Below, in pieces: positions 11,176-24,300 of a DNA stretch of 64,000 bases. The translations under genes were made by a program, and so were the position numbers. The stretch covers positions 60,958,464 through 61,022,463 of the forward strand of contig NC_043011.1 of assembly GCF_006345805.1 (NCBI RefSeq). The letters are read 5' to 3'. Source of the stretch: Octopus sinensis. Taxonomy: Eukaryota. Numbering within the stretch: the first letter of the stretch is position 1; each line of letters starts with the position of its first letter. The notes beneath the pieces were generated by a model. It worked only from the letters and a program-made list of their open reading frames with translations, was not told where the DNA came from and ran no database searches.

Positions 11176-13289
11176 AATGTCTACAAAATTTAGATACGAA
11201 CCTAGATTTTGATGTGGTATGTAGAATAGTGCCTGCTAGTTTTCACTCACAAAGACAATTTCAATAATTTGAGCGAGTTATAAATAGAATTAAATAGAAT
11301 GTGTATATATTTTAAAACAACGTTGTAATATATATACACGTTGGCTTCAATCAATAAAATGTATGCAAGCACAATAGCTTTTTGCAATTGAAAACTATAT
11401 TGTAGTATTGAAAGCAGTAGTCTTGTTAAATTATAGAGGGGAACTAGCAGACTCAATACAGCGTTGCTGTTATCCTACTGACTTTTTATGTACCGAGTTC
11501 AAATCCCACCGGGGCCAATTTGATATTTTTTCTTTCGATAAAATAAAATACCAGCGAAGTGCTACGCCCTATTTTATCGATTTCCCCACCTCACCTTAAG
11601 ACTGTTAGTTTTATGTTACAATTAGAAAGCATTGTCAAATTGTAGAAGTGAGCTGGAAGAATCGTTACAACATCGTAAAAAACCCAGTTCAAATCCAGCT
11701 GTTGAGGTTCAATTCCTTTCTTCTTCTTCTTCTTCTTCTTCTTTGCCAAGAATTCACAACGACCTCGAACCCACAAGTGTAAACAAGAGAGACACAGAGA
11801 CAGGCAGAAACAAGGAAAATGCCCCTTGTATTTGACTACTATGCAAATATTCTTATGCCTATCGAGTTTTACTTTGCTTTTCTTCAGCCCAGTGTCAATA
11901 AAATTCAGTACCAAATCAAAAACTGCGTTGGTGGTATCGACTATTTCCCCCTCCCCTCAAAACATCTGGCCTTGAAGCTGAATTAGAAGCTATTATAACG
12001 CTGCCATTATCAACTCTCTCATTCACCACTCCGGGTACGATAAACCAAATGACCACTCAGTTACTACGACCAATAGATAATCGACTCCTTAAAACTGCTG
12101 TTTTTTTATTGTCTAAATTAGAAGCATTTATTATTACTGTTATTAATAGGGCAGCGTAGATAAAATTCCGCCGCAACTGACTTTGCCTTTAATCGTTTCC
12201 TGGTCGATAAAGTAAGTATCAGTTGAACGCTGGAGTTGATGTATTCCACATCAGCTTCCCAGAAATTGCTGGTCACGTGTCAAACTTTGAAACCATTATT
12301 ATAAAGTGCGGTGGGTAGCGGGGGCAGACACACTTTCATTCTGTCTGTCTCTCTGTCTCTCTCTTACACGCACATGTACACGGGCTTCTTTCAGTTTCCA
12401 TCTACCAAATCCACTCACAAGGCTTTGGTCTGCCTGAGGCTATAGTAGAAGCCACTTGTCAAAGGTGCCAGCGGTAGGACAGAACACAGAACGATGTGCT
12501 TCGGAAGCAAGCTTCTTACAACGTGTGTACATCCATGTGTGTTTGTGTGTGACTTTAATATCTATTGCCCTCGCTACCTTATATTATGGTATATACCTAT
12601 TTCTTTACTACCCACAAGGGGCTAAACACAGACGGGGCGAACAATGGCAGAAACACGAATTAAGTCGACTATATCGACCCCAGTGTGTAACTGGTACTTA
12701 TTTAATCGACCCCGAAAGGATAAAAGGCAAAGTCGACCTCGGCAGAATTTGAACTGAGAACATAACGGCAGGCGAAATACCGCTAAGCATTTTGCCCGGC
12801 ACCATTGACCATTTCCTTAATGGTCTGTCGTTCTTATATCATATAATAGTTTGCTGTAGATCATTGGCCATTCCGCTCAATAATGAAATTCATTTTGTTT
12901 TAAAATATGAAGAGTCACCATCGCATTTCTGTCACTTCAAATATAAAAATAAATAAATAACTAAATAAATAAATGAATAAATAAATAAATAAACAAATAA
13001 ATAAAAAAGAATTTGAAAAATATTTTGAAAAATTATTGTGAAATACGAGAAAATATTAATTAGAAATTCCTTTGAGTAATGATTGATTTTCTTGGAATAT
13101 TTTATCTTTTATTGCTTGTTTCAGTCATTAGACTGCGACCATGCTGGGGCAGGGTATTGGTACTTATTCTATGGGTGTCTATTTTGCCGAACCGCTAGTG
13201 TTACGTGGACGTAAACACACCAACACCAATTTTAAAGCGGTGGTCAGAGAGAAACACACACTCACACACATATATAGACATACATATAT

Positions 13290-13595
13290 GTGAAGGTGCA
13301 AGGCTTAGTGGTTAGGGTGTTGCACTCACGATTGCGAGTTCGTGGGTTTGATTCCCAGACCGGGCATTGTGTTGTGTTGTTGAGCAAAGCACTTTATTTC
13401 ACGTTGCTCTGCGATCATTTCGTCATCTGATATCTGGCACCCAGTTGCACCTGTACAGGTAATGTCGTTTTGATGGAGGGAGTGTTGTTTATATCTACAC
13501 AAACATTTGATCACTATAAACGAATCATCTGTGTGGTTGCTCGGTAAGAAATCGCTCAACTCTCATACGTCGTCTGACGACAGGAGAGTCCGTGA

Positions 13596-13597
<2 letters not shown>
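13290..13597 (+). mobile_element. tRNA-derived SINE family C variant
   Basis: ggcttagtggttagggtgttgcactcacgattgcgagttcgtgggtttgattcccagaccggg head and gtccgtgata end. Confidence 0.75.
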
Positions 13598-13632
<35 letters not shown>

Positions 13633-13676
13633 CATTAATAAATCTCCGAACGAGATATAAACAGTAACCGCTCGAC

Positions 13677-14125
13677 AACGTAAAGTGTACTAGCCATCTG
13701 AATGTGGCTAGCCACTGGAGGTGGGTGTTACTGACGCTTTTAGCCCCAGGAGATCGACGTCTCCAGCTGGCCTTAGACAAAATTTCAGTGCCCTTGTGTT
13801 ATTTGCAAAGGGAGGTCATCCCCCCTCGAAAACCCAAGTGATACATACGGACTATAGTTTCAAGGTTTTTGCTTCTCGTCAACGCATGGTAAACACCGGT
13901 TTTCGATGAAGGAGACCTTTGCAAATAATATTTAACGTTTTTGAAACTATAGTCCGTATGTATCACTTAGGTTTTCGAGGGAGGATGACCTCCCTTTGCA
14001 AATAACACAAGGGCACTGAAATTTGTCTAGGGCCAGCTGGAGACGTCGATCTCCTGGGGCCAAAAGAGTCAGTAACACCCCACCCCCAGTGGCTAGTCAC
14101 ATTCAGATGGCTAGTACACTTTACG

Positions 14126-14127
<2 letters not shown>
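13677..14127. repeat. Young fold-back element (about 187-bp arms, 77-bp spacer) with a hammerhead at the arm junction
   Basis: 13677-13863 is the reverse complement of 13941-14127 at high identity. Confidence 0.95.
13844..13888 (-). ncRNA. Type I hammerhead ribozyme, C3U variant
   Basis: CAUGCG-UUGACGA-g-AAG-caaaaac-CUU-GAAA-CUAUAG-UC-CGUAUG: 6-bp helix I with one G.U, GUC triplet. Confidence 0.75.
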
Positions 14128-14159
<32 letters not shown>

Positions 14160-14164
14160 TAGGG

Positions 14165-14318
14165 AAAAACACATTTTATCAATTCAATAATGAAAAATTA
14201 AATTATTCCATTTAGAAAAATTACATCTTATAGAAAGATTAAATATAAGATATCTTATATTTAAATCTTAAATGGTATAATTTAATTTTTCATTATTGAA
14301 TTGATAAAGGGTGTTTTT
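14165..14318. repeat. AT-rich fold-back (about 50-bp arms, palindromic centre)
   Basis: aaaaacacattttatcaattcaataatgaaaaatt / aatttttcattattgaattgataaagggtgttttt. The flank matches the reverse complement of about 5925-5970. Confidence 0.8.
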
Positions 14319-14543
14319 TTAATATTTTGTGAAATTTGATTTAGCATTTCTAAATTGAATTTTTCCCTGTAAGTTTGGAATAATATTCCCTCATATTTTA
14401 TATATATATATTATTCAAAGAGATTCCAACTTTGTCTCATTTTCACGTTATATTTCAATCTTACAATAATATAATACAATATAACATAATATAATATAAT
14501 ATAATATAATGAAATGATAGAATATTAAATGTCCATTCAGATT

Positions 14544-14586
14544 GAACAAGTACTTTCATGCATTAAACTATGCAATCTTCAGGTTC
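14544..14586 (-). ncRNA. Minimal type I hammerhead ribozyme
   Basis: GAAC-CUGAAGA-u-UGCAU-aguuua-AUGCA-u-GAAA-GUAC-UU-GUUC. CUU triplet, U.U at 10.1/11.1. Confidence 0.75.
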
Positions 14587-15016
14587 ATGTAGTAGTGATG
14601 TCAGTTATGTTTTACAATTTACAACTATAGTGAGATGACTAAACTGTGTGCCTTAAATACATTTGTATAGGGTTCAAAATGTTAATTTTTGAAAACTGTA
14701 TTCTGACAAATCAGTGTGAGATTTTACTGAATTACTTAAGTTGATTAGTGTTTGGTTTAGGCGTCTCGGTTTGTTGAACATGTCACTAGACCTGTATTTT
14801 GACCATGGCTAAAGCAGTAATTGTTGGACCATTTTAGAAATGTTGTAAACAACATTTTCCTGGGATTTTTACATTTCAATTATCGTCACCATCATCATTA
14901 TAATCTCTTTTATTATTGTTGTTGCTATAAGTAGGAGTGGCTGTGATAATAGAACTTTAAACCCCAAATAAGATAATTTTTACTACTTTTCTCTTGACTT
15001 AGCTATTATTTTCCTG

Positions 15017-15087
<71 letters not shown>

Positions 15088-15104
15088 GAGAAAGAGAGAG
15101 AGGC

Positions 15105-15478
15105 ATTCCGTCGGTTACGACGACGAGGGTTCCAGTTGATCCGATCAAGGGAACAGCCTGCTCGTGAAATTAACGTGAAAGTGGCTGAACACTCCACAGA
15201 CACGTGTACCCTTAACATAGTTCTCGGGGAGACTCAGCGTGACACAGTGTGTGACAAGGTTGGCCCCTTTGAAATACAGGTACAACAGAAACCGGAAGAA
15301 AAAGTGAAAGCTGTGGTGAAAGCGTACAGCAGGGTTCATCCCCGGCCCCTGCCGGAGCCTTGTGGGGATTTAGGTGTTTTCACTCAGTAAACACTCACAA
15401 CTCCCGGTCTGGGAATCGAAACTGCGATCCTACGACCGCAAGTCTGCTGCCTTAACCACTGGACCATTGCGCGTCCAC
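15105..15478 (-). mobile_element. tRNA-derived SINE family C with a different 3' body
   Basis: Minus-strand head gcgcaatggtccagtggttaaggcagcagacttgcggtcgtaggatcgcagtttcgattcccagaccggg matches 44252; the 3' region differs. Confidence 0.8.
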
Positions 15479-16368
15479 ACACACACACACACCACACACA
15501 CACACACACACACACCACACACACACACACATATAATAGGTTACTTTCAGTTTCGGTTTACCAAATCCATTCACAGGGTTTTGGTCAGCCCGAGGCGTAA
15601 GTAGCTTCTTACCACACACAAGCAAGCTTCTTACGACACAGCCATACTTGGTTCTCTTACTCTTTACATTTTTGTCATTTATTTCCTTCTTATTGTATTT
15701 TGCATATTTTAATTCACTTCCTATTTCCATATGTTATTCTATGTCTAACCTTGTCATGTATCCTGATATATTATGCCTTTTTCTATCAATATATTTGAAC
15801 TTTATGTTTTTTCATACTCTTACTTTCATATTGTATATTTTAAATTATCTTCTCTTCTTGTGTGTTTTTCGTTTGTGGACCAACCTACGTTGTCGTATAT
15901 TCTCTTTCAATGTTCGCTCTTATTGTATATTTTAAATTATCGTGTTTGATGTTTCTGTATCTTTTACACTAGTTTCGTAGTTGCCTGCGCTTCTTTCTCG
16001 TGTGTCGTGTCTTCGTGTATACTTTTAAGCAAGCGTGTGTTCTTTTGAAGAATGCACAGCAAGAATTATCTCGGTTCAATGCAACGAACACGAGATTAAA
16101 ATATGTTTCGTGAGAAGAATATGTAAAGATAAATAAATTTTTTTATATGGATTCTCCGTCAGTTTCGACGATGACGATTCGGCTGTATAAGGGAATTTGT
16201 TTTCGTTAAATAAACACTTAAGTGGTTGAGTATTCCACAGATATGCATTCTTAATGTAATTCTCAGGCTAAGTTGCCGCGTGACGCAAAGTGACAGGCAC
16301 AATGCAGAAACAGAGAGAGAGAGGGGGAAAGACAGAGGGAGAGAGAGAGGAGAGGGAGAAAGAGAAGG

Positions 16369-16418
<50 letters not shown>

Positions 16419-16773
16419 AATACCTCTTTCACATTTTTTTCTCTCTCTGGTTCGTGCCTGTAATTTAAAGTATTCTTGATAAGTATTATTATTATTATTA
16501 ACGTTTTTGTTTTAGCTCCCAGGTCAAAACTAATCAAGGGTACCTAGGTACAGAAGACTGGCCATAATTTATCTTTATTTTGAGGTATAGTCTTACGATG
16601 ACTATAGTATAGGGTATATATATATATAATATGTATATATATATGTATATATTATATATATATATATATAATATGTATGTATGCTTATATATATGTATGT
16701 ATATATAATATGTATATATATATATAATATGTATGTTTGTATGTAGGTATAATAATATAATATGTATGTATGT

Positions 16774-16812
<39 letters not shown>

Positions 16813-17139
16813 GGATTGTATGGATTAACTGTTGGAGTGGACGGACGTCTATTTTTTCTCTCCCAAGTCAGTAGCAAGCTACACAGCTTCAACCTAACTG
16901 ACCTTAAATATATATATATTTGTAACCACGTGTTTGCCTACAAACCCTAAGTACGTTTTCATTTAACTACAAATTGTTATATACACCTGTTTTTCTTTTA
17001 ATATCCTCAAACAACCAAATAATCAAAAACTCACACACCCTTAAGAGAGAACATTTATATATATATATACACTTCTTTAACTCCCAAGAAAGAATATATA
17101 TTTTCAAAAATCAAAAGGAAAACAAACAAAAGAAAAAAC

Positions 17140-18000
17140 ATGACTAACTTGCAGGCCTGCAACAGACGAAATTGGTCTGATAACGAAATTGATGTTTTAA
17201 TAAACACATGGCTCTCTCTTTCCAAACAGAAAATCTAAATGTCTTGTGTTTGAATGAGATTGCCGAAAAAACATCACAAGTGGTCAACACACGATCCGTC
17301 AAACAGATTCGTAGCAAGTTGAAACATATCGAAGTATCTTTCAAACTGATAAAGGCCATTATGAAAAGCTTCTCATATTTTCACAGTTCAAGAACACACA
17401 ACAGCTAGAAAATCAGCAGCCACAACAACAACAACAACAGAATGAGCCACTCCTGGTTCCCAGCACAATGGCTGACCCTGACATCGGTCAGGCACAACAA
17501 CAACACAACAGCCACAGCACCAGAAAGAACAACAGCCACTCCTCAACTCTAGCTTACTAGACGATTCACTAAATGCCTATCTTTTTCACCGCTCTCACAG
17601 CAACACACCACAATTATCATCATCATCATCACCACCGCTGCCACCATCGTCTTCTATCACCAAAAATACCAACAGAAAACCAAATAAGAAACCACTGCCC
17701 TCTTCCCCCACATCACCACCTCAATACTACTGCAGTAACAAAAACTTAAAGAAACATAGGAAGCAGAATGCGCCCCCCACGGCTCAAACAAGAAATCCCC
17801 AAATATGCCGCTATTCACTGCGCCAGAGATTCTGCACAAATAGTGACTGCATCTTCACGCATCTACCCGGCACTAGACGCACTACCGGCCAAGGCCAAAG
17901 CACGCATCCCACAATAACATCAACACCACCAAATAGTAAATCGAAATTCAAAACACACACAACTCGGAGTCCCAAAATCTGCCGGTATTCCCAACGTGAG
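17140..18000 (+). pseudogene. Probable LINE ORF1 remnant: Myb/SANT-like N-terminus and CCCH zinc finger
   Basis: ATG at 17140 gives MTNLQACNRRNWSDNEIDVLINTW; after a frameshift LNEIAEKTSQVVNTRSVKQIRSKLKHIEVSFK; at about 17805-17880 ICRYSLRQRFCTNSDCIFTHLPGTRR (C-x8-C-x4-C-x3-H). Confidence 0.6.
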
Positions 18001-18419
18001 AGAACATGTCTACTGAGTGACTGTCCCTTCACTCATCTTCCAGGGACCCGACGCACAAACAGAAACGGGGCCTCAAGCCAACACACAAACCTGAATAACA
18101 ATAAAAATAGAAACACACCATGCTGCAGTAATAGTAATGCTGGTCCAGTCTTTTCAGGAAGACACAAAAACAACAACAACAAAAGTGGAAACTACAACCC
18201 TATCCAACAGTGCAACCACACCTCCAGCCAAAAACTGCTCCCTAAGCAGGAAAATTCTTTTTTAGCCATGTTGAACATGGCAAAAGAGATACACAAAAAC
18301 ATTCTAGCCATCACTCAACACCATCCTATGCTATTACCCCAGTGCACCATTCCCCACATTGCTGCCACTAACACACACAAAAAATCCAAGCCCCCTGCAA
18401 CAGTCAAAACAGCCACTAC

Positions 18420-21350
18420 ACTAACCTCCACATTCCTACTCAATGCACAAGGTGTCAGCCCTTCCATCAATGCACAAAAATGAAGGTCCATTCATTGAAG
18501 ACTGGGTTGGTAACCATTCACACCACATCCCTTTCTTCATTCTCACTGAGACCCACCTTGACAACTCCCACTTGGAAGCCGAAGTGAGAGTGAAGAATTT
18601 CACAACCATCCGCGCGGATCGTATCGGCAGGAGGAAGGGTGGAACTGCCATTTTCCTGCATGATTCATTTACGGCAGATGGAAATAGTATATTCTCCAAC
18701 GGCTACTGTGAATCAGTCACCGTGCACAACAAAGCCAATGACCTGACAGTAATTGGGCTCTATATGCCCCAAACACCCATACTGTGCTTTAAAGAATGCC
18801 TCAACAGCATTAAGTGCTTTATTCAACAGTGCCATTCTAGCAACATACTCATGATGGGAGACTTCAATCTACCCTGTGTTGACTGGACTACAAACTGTTG
18901 TGAAACCAAGCACTCCCACCTCACCACTGACAAAGAAGCAGCAGAGTCACTTTTCGACTTTACGAATGAGTTTTTCTTGTCCCAACTTGTCCTTGCACCA
19001 ACAAGACATCAGAACATTTTGGACCTAGTGTTTAGTAACCACACTAACACTATACATAACGTTACAGTGGAAAAAACCCTTCTTTCAGACCATGACATGG
19101 TTCTCTGTAACATGAAATTCCACCAGCCGAAAGCTAATCCTAGTGACCTTCCTCCAGCCCACCCATTTGACAACATGGATCTCCATAAAGCCAACTGGGA
19201 TGCAATCAGGAACGAGCTATCAAATGTTGACTGGTCCTTTACACATACACACATCTCCACCAACATAAAACATCTTGGCAGATCTTTGTAGACACCGTCA
19301 CAGACATATGTGCAAAACCTCCCCACCAAGACCTGTGAACAAAAAGTGCAGAATCCCCCAAAACAGAAAAACCATTATCAGAAAAATAAAAAGAACAAAC
19401 AAAAAAATTAACAAACTAAAGTACTGCCAACAGCAACACACACATTCGACGGCTATCGCACTGCTTGAATCCAAAAAATATAACCTCCAACATGCATGAA
19501 GACCCTCATCAATAACCAAAGATCAGCTGAGGAGAAGTGGGCCATTGAAAAAATCAAACTCAACCCCAAAGTGTTCTTTTCATTTGCGAGGAAACGCAGG
19601 GTCACTGTCTCCACTGTAGGCCCTCTAATTGACAAAACTGGCACTCTCCAAGAATATGCCAAATCCATGGCCGAGATACTGCAGAAACAATACTGCTCTG
19701 TTTTCAGCAATCCTGATATGGCCGATCTGGGCTGTATCAGTGATGTCAACCCCCAACACACTATATCGGACATAACGTTTAGTGCCCCTGATGTCTTAGC
19801 GGCGATAAACGAAATAAAACACATTCAGCAGTAGGCCCCGATAGGTTCCCTGCTTGTGTCCTGAAGGTGTGTCGACACCAACTTGCATCTCCCCTTGCTA
19901 ATCGTGGAGAAACTCACTGGATGCTGGCTATATTCCAAAAAACCTTCTGTCCAGTCTGTTGTCCCAGTTTTCAAAAAGGAAACAAGTCCCTTGCAGTGAA
20001 TTACCGTCCGATCTCACTCACCTCTCATATCATCAAGGTATTTGAGAGGGTGGTGAGATCTCGAATAACCCAATTTCTGGAAAGCAACAGACGGCTGATC
20101 TCCAACCAACATGGGTTCCGTAATGGAAGGGACTGCCTAACGCAGCTCCTGCATCACTTTGAGGACATTTTGAGAGCTTTGGGAGAGGGCTCCAACACCG
20201 ATGTCATCTACCTTGATTTCAGTAAGGCCTTCGACAGGGTCGATCACAAGATCCTATTGAAAAAACTATCCACATTGGTGTCTCTGGAAAGTTACTGAAA
20301 TGGATTAAGGTTTCCTGACAGACAGATCTCAACATGTTGTAGTTGAAGGGGTAAAATCAAGCCCAGCCAAAGTCAGTAGTGGCGTTCCGCAAGGCACTGT
20401 GCTGGGCCCACTTCTTTTCATCATTTACGTTAATGACATTAATGACATCATCAAGCACAGCAACATAAAAATCTTTGCAGATGACTCCAAGCTACAGAAG
20501 GTCATAAATGAGGCGAGTGACCGGACATGCCTTCAGTCAGATCTACTGGCTGTTATCCAATGGGCAGAAAAAAACAATATGCTGCTGAACGAGGATAAAT
20601 TTGAGCTAATCCACTTTGGAAAAGAGATGCCCTGAAACTCCCATACTCCCTTCCTTCAGGTGAAACTCTCGCGGCGTCCAACAACATCAGAGACTTGGGA
20701 GTAATTGTGGACAACAACGTAAGCCGGGCCACTCATATAAACACCAAAGTTGACATGGCCCGCAGAATGTGTTCCTGGATTCTCAGAACTTTCCAGTCGA
20801 GAGATATCCACACCATTATCCTTCTCTTCTCCACTTTTGCCCGACCCCACCTGAATACTGTTGTCCACTGTGGTCTCCCCACACAATACAAGGTATCATA
20901 AAAGTTGAAGCACCTCAAAGGGCAATCACAAAAAAGATAGATGGCATGACAGGCCTCGACTATTGGGGTCGACTAGAAAAGCTAAAACTCTATTCTCTCC
21001 AACGTCGTCGTGAGCGCTACATCATCTGCATGATGTGGAAAATATTCCATCAGCATTGCCCAAATGATGTTGGCATCACCTTTAAGGTACACATCAAGGC
21101 TTGGGCCCCGTGCCATCCGCCCAAAACAAAAATCGCACTCTCATCTCATAACAACAATACGGCATAATTATTTCACCTCAATTGGCCCCGCTCTCTTTAA
21201 CATTACACCAAAACACATTAAAACAGAACTGACCCTATAGGGTTCAAGAAGTCTTTGGACAGATTCCCTCAAGAATCCCGGATAAACCCCCTACACCCGG
21301 ATATGTCTCTGTAAACAATAACTCTCTACTTGAGTGGGCCATAGTGCCCA
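18420..21350 (+). pseudogene. LINE ORF2 (APE endonuclease plus reverse transcriptase), broken by frameshifts and stops
   Basis: Successive track ORFs 18443-19291, 19496-19834, 19867-20298, 20399-20635 and 20769-21167 carry consecutive CR1 ORF2 motifs. Confidence 0.92.
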
Positions 21351-21458
21351 AATTCTGACTTGAAAGACTTCACCAGGTGGTGCTATTAAGTTAGACATGG
21401 CCTGGGCCAATAATGGCCGAAACCTATCAAAGTATCAAAGTATCAAAGTATGTTACAG

Positions 21459-21502
<44 letters not shown>

Positions 21503-21814
21503 GATTATACTGCCGGTTAACGTGTTTCTTCTTAAGTCGGTTTAAGATGCCGGCTAATCACCACGCTGCTTATGTTATACTCATGCTAACAAAAAGTTGC
21601 TCGGTTCTGGTAACTCTTCTCTCTCGGCAAATCTGAGTCTCCTGTTCCAGGCTGCATATTTTTCGTGGAGTCAGTCAGCGTATTAATAATGACAAAGAGA
21701 ACGCAGACTTTTCACATACATAAATTTTTTTAACAGATAAAGATGCTGTAATAAGTAACTGTTAAATAATATTATGGATGCGAAAAATCTTCGTTCTCAT
21801 CATCATCATTAATA

Positions 21815-21894
<80 letters not shown>

Positions 21895-22997
21895 GTATAG
21901 GCGCGTTATGGTTGTGTGGTAAGTAGCTTGCTTATCAGCCACATGGTTCCGGATTCATTCCCAGTGCGTGGAACCTTAGGCAAGTGTCTTCTACTAATTT
22001 GAACTCTTCTAATTTGAACTCAGAACGTAGCGGCAGACGAAATACCGCTAAGCATTTCGACCGGCGTGCTAATGTTTCTTATTTCTTTATTGCCCACAAG
22101 GGGCTAAACATAGAGGGGACAAACAAGGACATACAAATGGATTAAGTCGATTACGTCGACCTCGGCGGAATTTGAACTCAGAACGTAACAGCAGACGGAA
22201 TACCGCTAAGCACTTCGTCCGGCGTGCTAACGTTTCTGCCAATTCGCCTCCTTCGATCATTTAAATAATGTAAACGCAATGAACATATAGGTGTAATATC
22301 TATGCAAGTTATTTGACCTGAGACAGCATGTTAAAAATACACGACTGTAGCGTGGAAATCACATAATAGCCATTCGAATACAAAAAAGGCAGCTGACGTC
22401 ACATTAACATTTGTTATATAAGATAAATATTAGCCAGAAATTCAGATGTCAGTGGACGCCTGCCACCGATGAAGCGCAGTGCACTGAAATTACGTGATTT
22501 GTGTGTGCTGTGAGGACATCTTAAAGCGAAAGCCACAATATTGGTCATTCTAATAAGAAATCCACGATATTTAAGACACGGAGAGTGTCATACGGTAGAA
22601 ATATTGCATCTACCGCCAACATCAGTTTTTTATAAGCCAGCTGACTACTTGCAACGTCAATGACTTAAAAATTATTAGTATTCTATGTATCGCTGGCAAA
22701 GATTTGGCTGTTATTTCAAGCAGAAAACACGATTACTCAAAGACACTTGCGTTCTGTAGTATCAATGGTCTCTGATCCGTAAATGCTTGTTTCGTTCATC
22801 TTTCTTTCATTCTTTCTTTCTTCGTTTCTTTTTTTGTTTCTTTGTTTCTTTCTTTTATTTTACCTTCTGTCTATCATCCTCGCTTCAGCACACATACGCA
22901 CAGACATAATGTATACAAATATTTTTACCGTATAAGAACAGATATATAAAATAAACTTGTATACATATTTACACGCAAATATATATATATATATTAT

Positions 22998-23039
<42 letters not shown>

Positions 23040-23381
23040 CACACATTTTCACCTATATACCATTCTGCTCAACTACTTTACGGAACTGTGCTAGTTGATG
23101 CTGTGTTAATTCTTTATCGAACTCAGCTGCTTGACGACCTCTGGCAGTCGTTTCAGATGCTTCCCAGGTAGGTATTCGTTATTTTCCGCACTGACACGTT
23201 CAACTCGTGCTTTCTGTCTACAGACGTAGCGAACTCCTTCATTTTTTAATCTTTTTGTTAAGTCGACGATTGCTTTCCTAGCGCGTGCGCAATTGACTCA
23301 CGGAAGTAACGATGCTCGCAGGCAAGTTATTGATGGCATCTAATGAATTTCTATATAACATGTTATCTTTGAATGCATTCG

Positions 23382-23474
<93 letters not shown>

Positions 23475-23476
23475 CA

Positions 23477-24300
23477 GCCTCTAACAATATCAGAACACCT
23501 GGGTGTAATTGTTGATGACGATCTCAGTTGGAGTGCACACACATCAACAAGAAGGTCGATACAGCTCGTAGGATGAGTTCCTGGATCTTAAGAACTTTCC
23601 GGTCCAGAGAACAAGGTGTCATCATACCACTTTTTTCATCCTTTGTACGGTCACACCTTGAATACTGCTGCCACACTGTGGTCTCCTCACACAAGACAAA
23701 ACACCTCCAGAATTTGAGTAACCCCAGAGGGCTCTCACTAAAACAATTGAAGGCATGGCTGCTCTCGACTATTGGGATCGCCTTAAAGCCTTGAAACTTT
23801 ACTCCCTCCAGCGTCGCCGTGAGCGGTACAATCATTTGTACGATGTGGAAAATATACCGCCAACTTTGCCCAAACGATCTAAACATTAGCTTCAAGGTTC
23901 ATATCCGAGACTTGGACCACGGCTATACGTCCCCTGCCAAATTCAAGATCACAACATACATGTACACTGCAACATAATTTCTTTTCCTCAACAGGCCCTG
24001 CCCTATTTAACATTGTCCCGAGGCGATCAAAGAGGAAAAGGATCCCATCAACTTCAAACAGAGTCTGGATAGATTCCTTCAAAGAATACCAGATAAGCCA
24101 CCCATAATTGGATACAACTCACCCAACAAGACAACTCACTACTTGAACAAAACTGGATACAACTCACCCAACAAGAACTCACTACTTGAACAAAACTTGA
24201 CTTAAACAGGATTCGAATAATCCTATCAGTGGTGCTATTAAGTTAGACATGGCCTGGACCAATCTCTGGTCGAAACATATCTAAGTTTTATCTAAGTTTT
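23477..24300 (+). mobile_element. 5'-truncated CR1 LINE, related subfamily
   Basis: HINKKVDTARRMSSWILRTF..VRSHLEYCC. The 3' UTR gtggtgctattaagttagacatggcctgg is identical to 21377-21405. Tail (tatctaagttt)x2. Confidence 0.9.

Larger units (their letters stand above)
16830..21450 (+). mobile_element. Near full-length decayed CR1-clade LINE
   Basis: APE motifs (LTETHL, MGDFNLP, PTR..NILDLVF, SDH) at 18443-19291. RT motifs (NYRPISLTS, QHGFR, YLDFSKAFD, GVPQG, FADD) at 19867-20635. (tatcaaag)x3 tail at 21424-21450. The 5' boundary is inferred. Confidence 0.93.

Noticed and set aside
16085-16170. Minus-strand CUGACGG..GAAA-CAUAUU; similar partial matches near 3815, 5088, 31565, 41490, 42465, 57065 and 59880
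   Set aside because: Several core and helix defects each; cannot be told from chance by eye.
21400-21425. GGCC-loop-GGCC-GAAAC at the CR1 3' end resembling half a hammerhead
   Set aside because: No CUGANGA, helix III or NUH; better explained as a LINE 3' stem-loop.
23090-23300. About 65-codon open stretch on the minus strand and a possible 41-nt plus-strand micro-exon
   Set aside because: No ATG, no recognisable domain, no partner exons.
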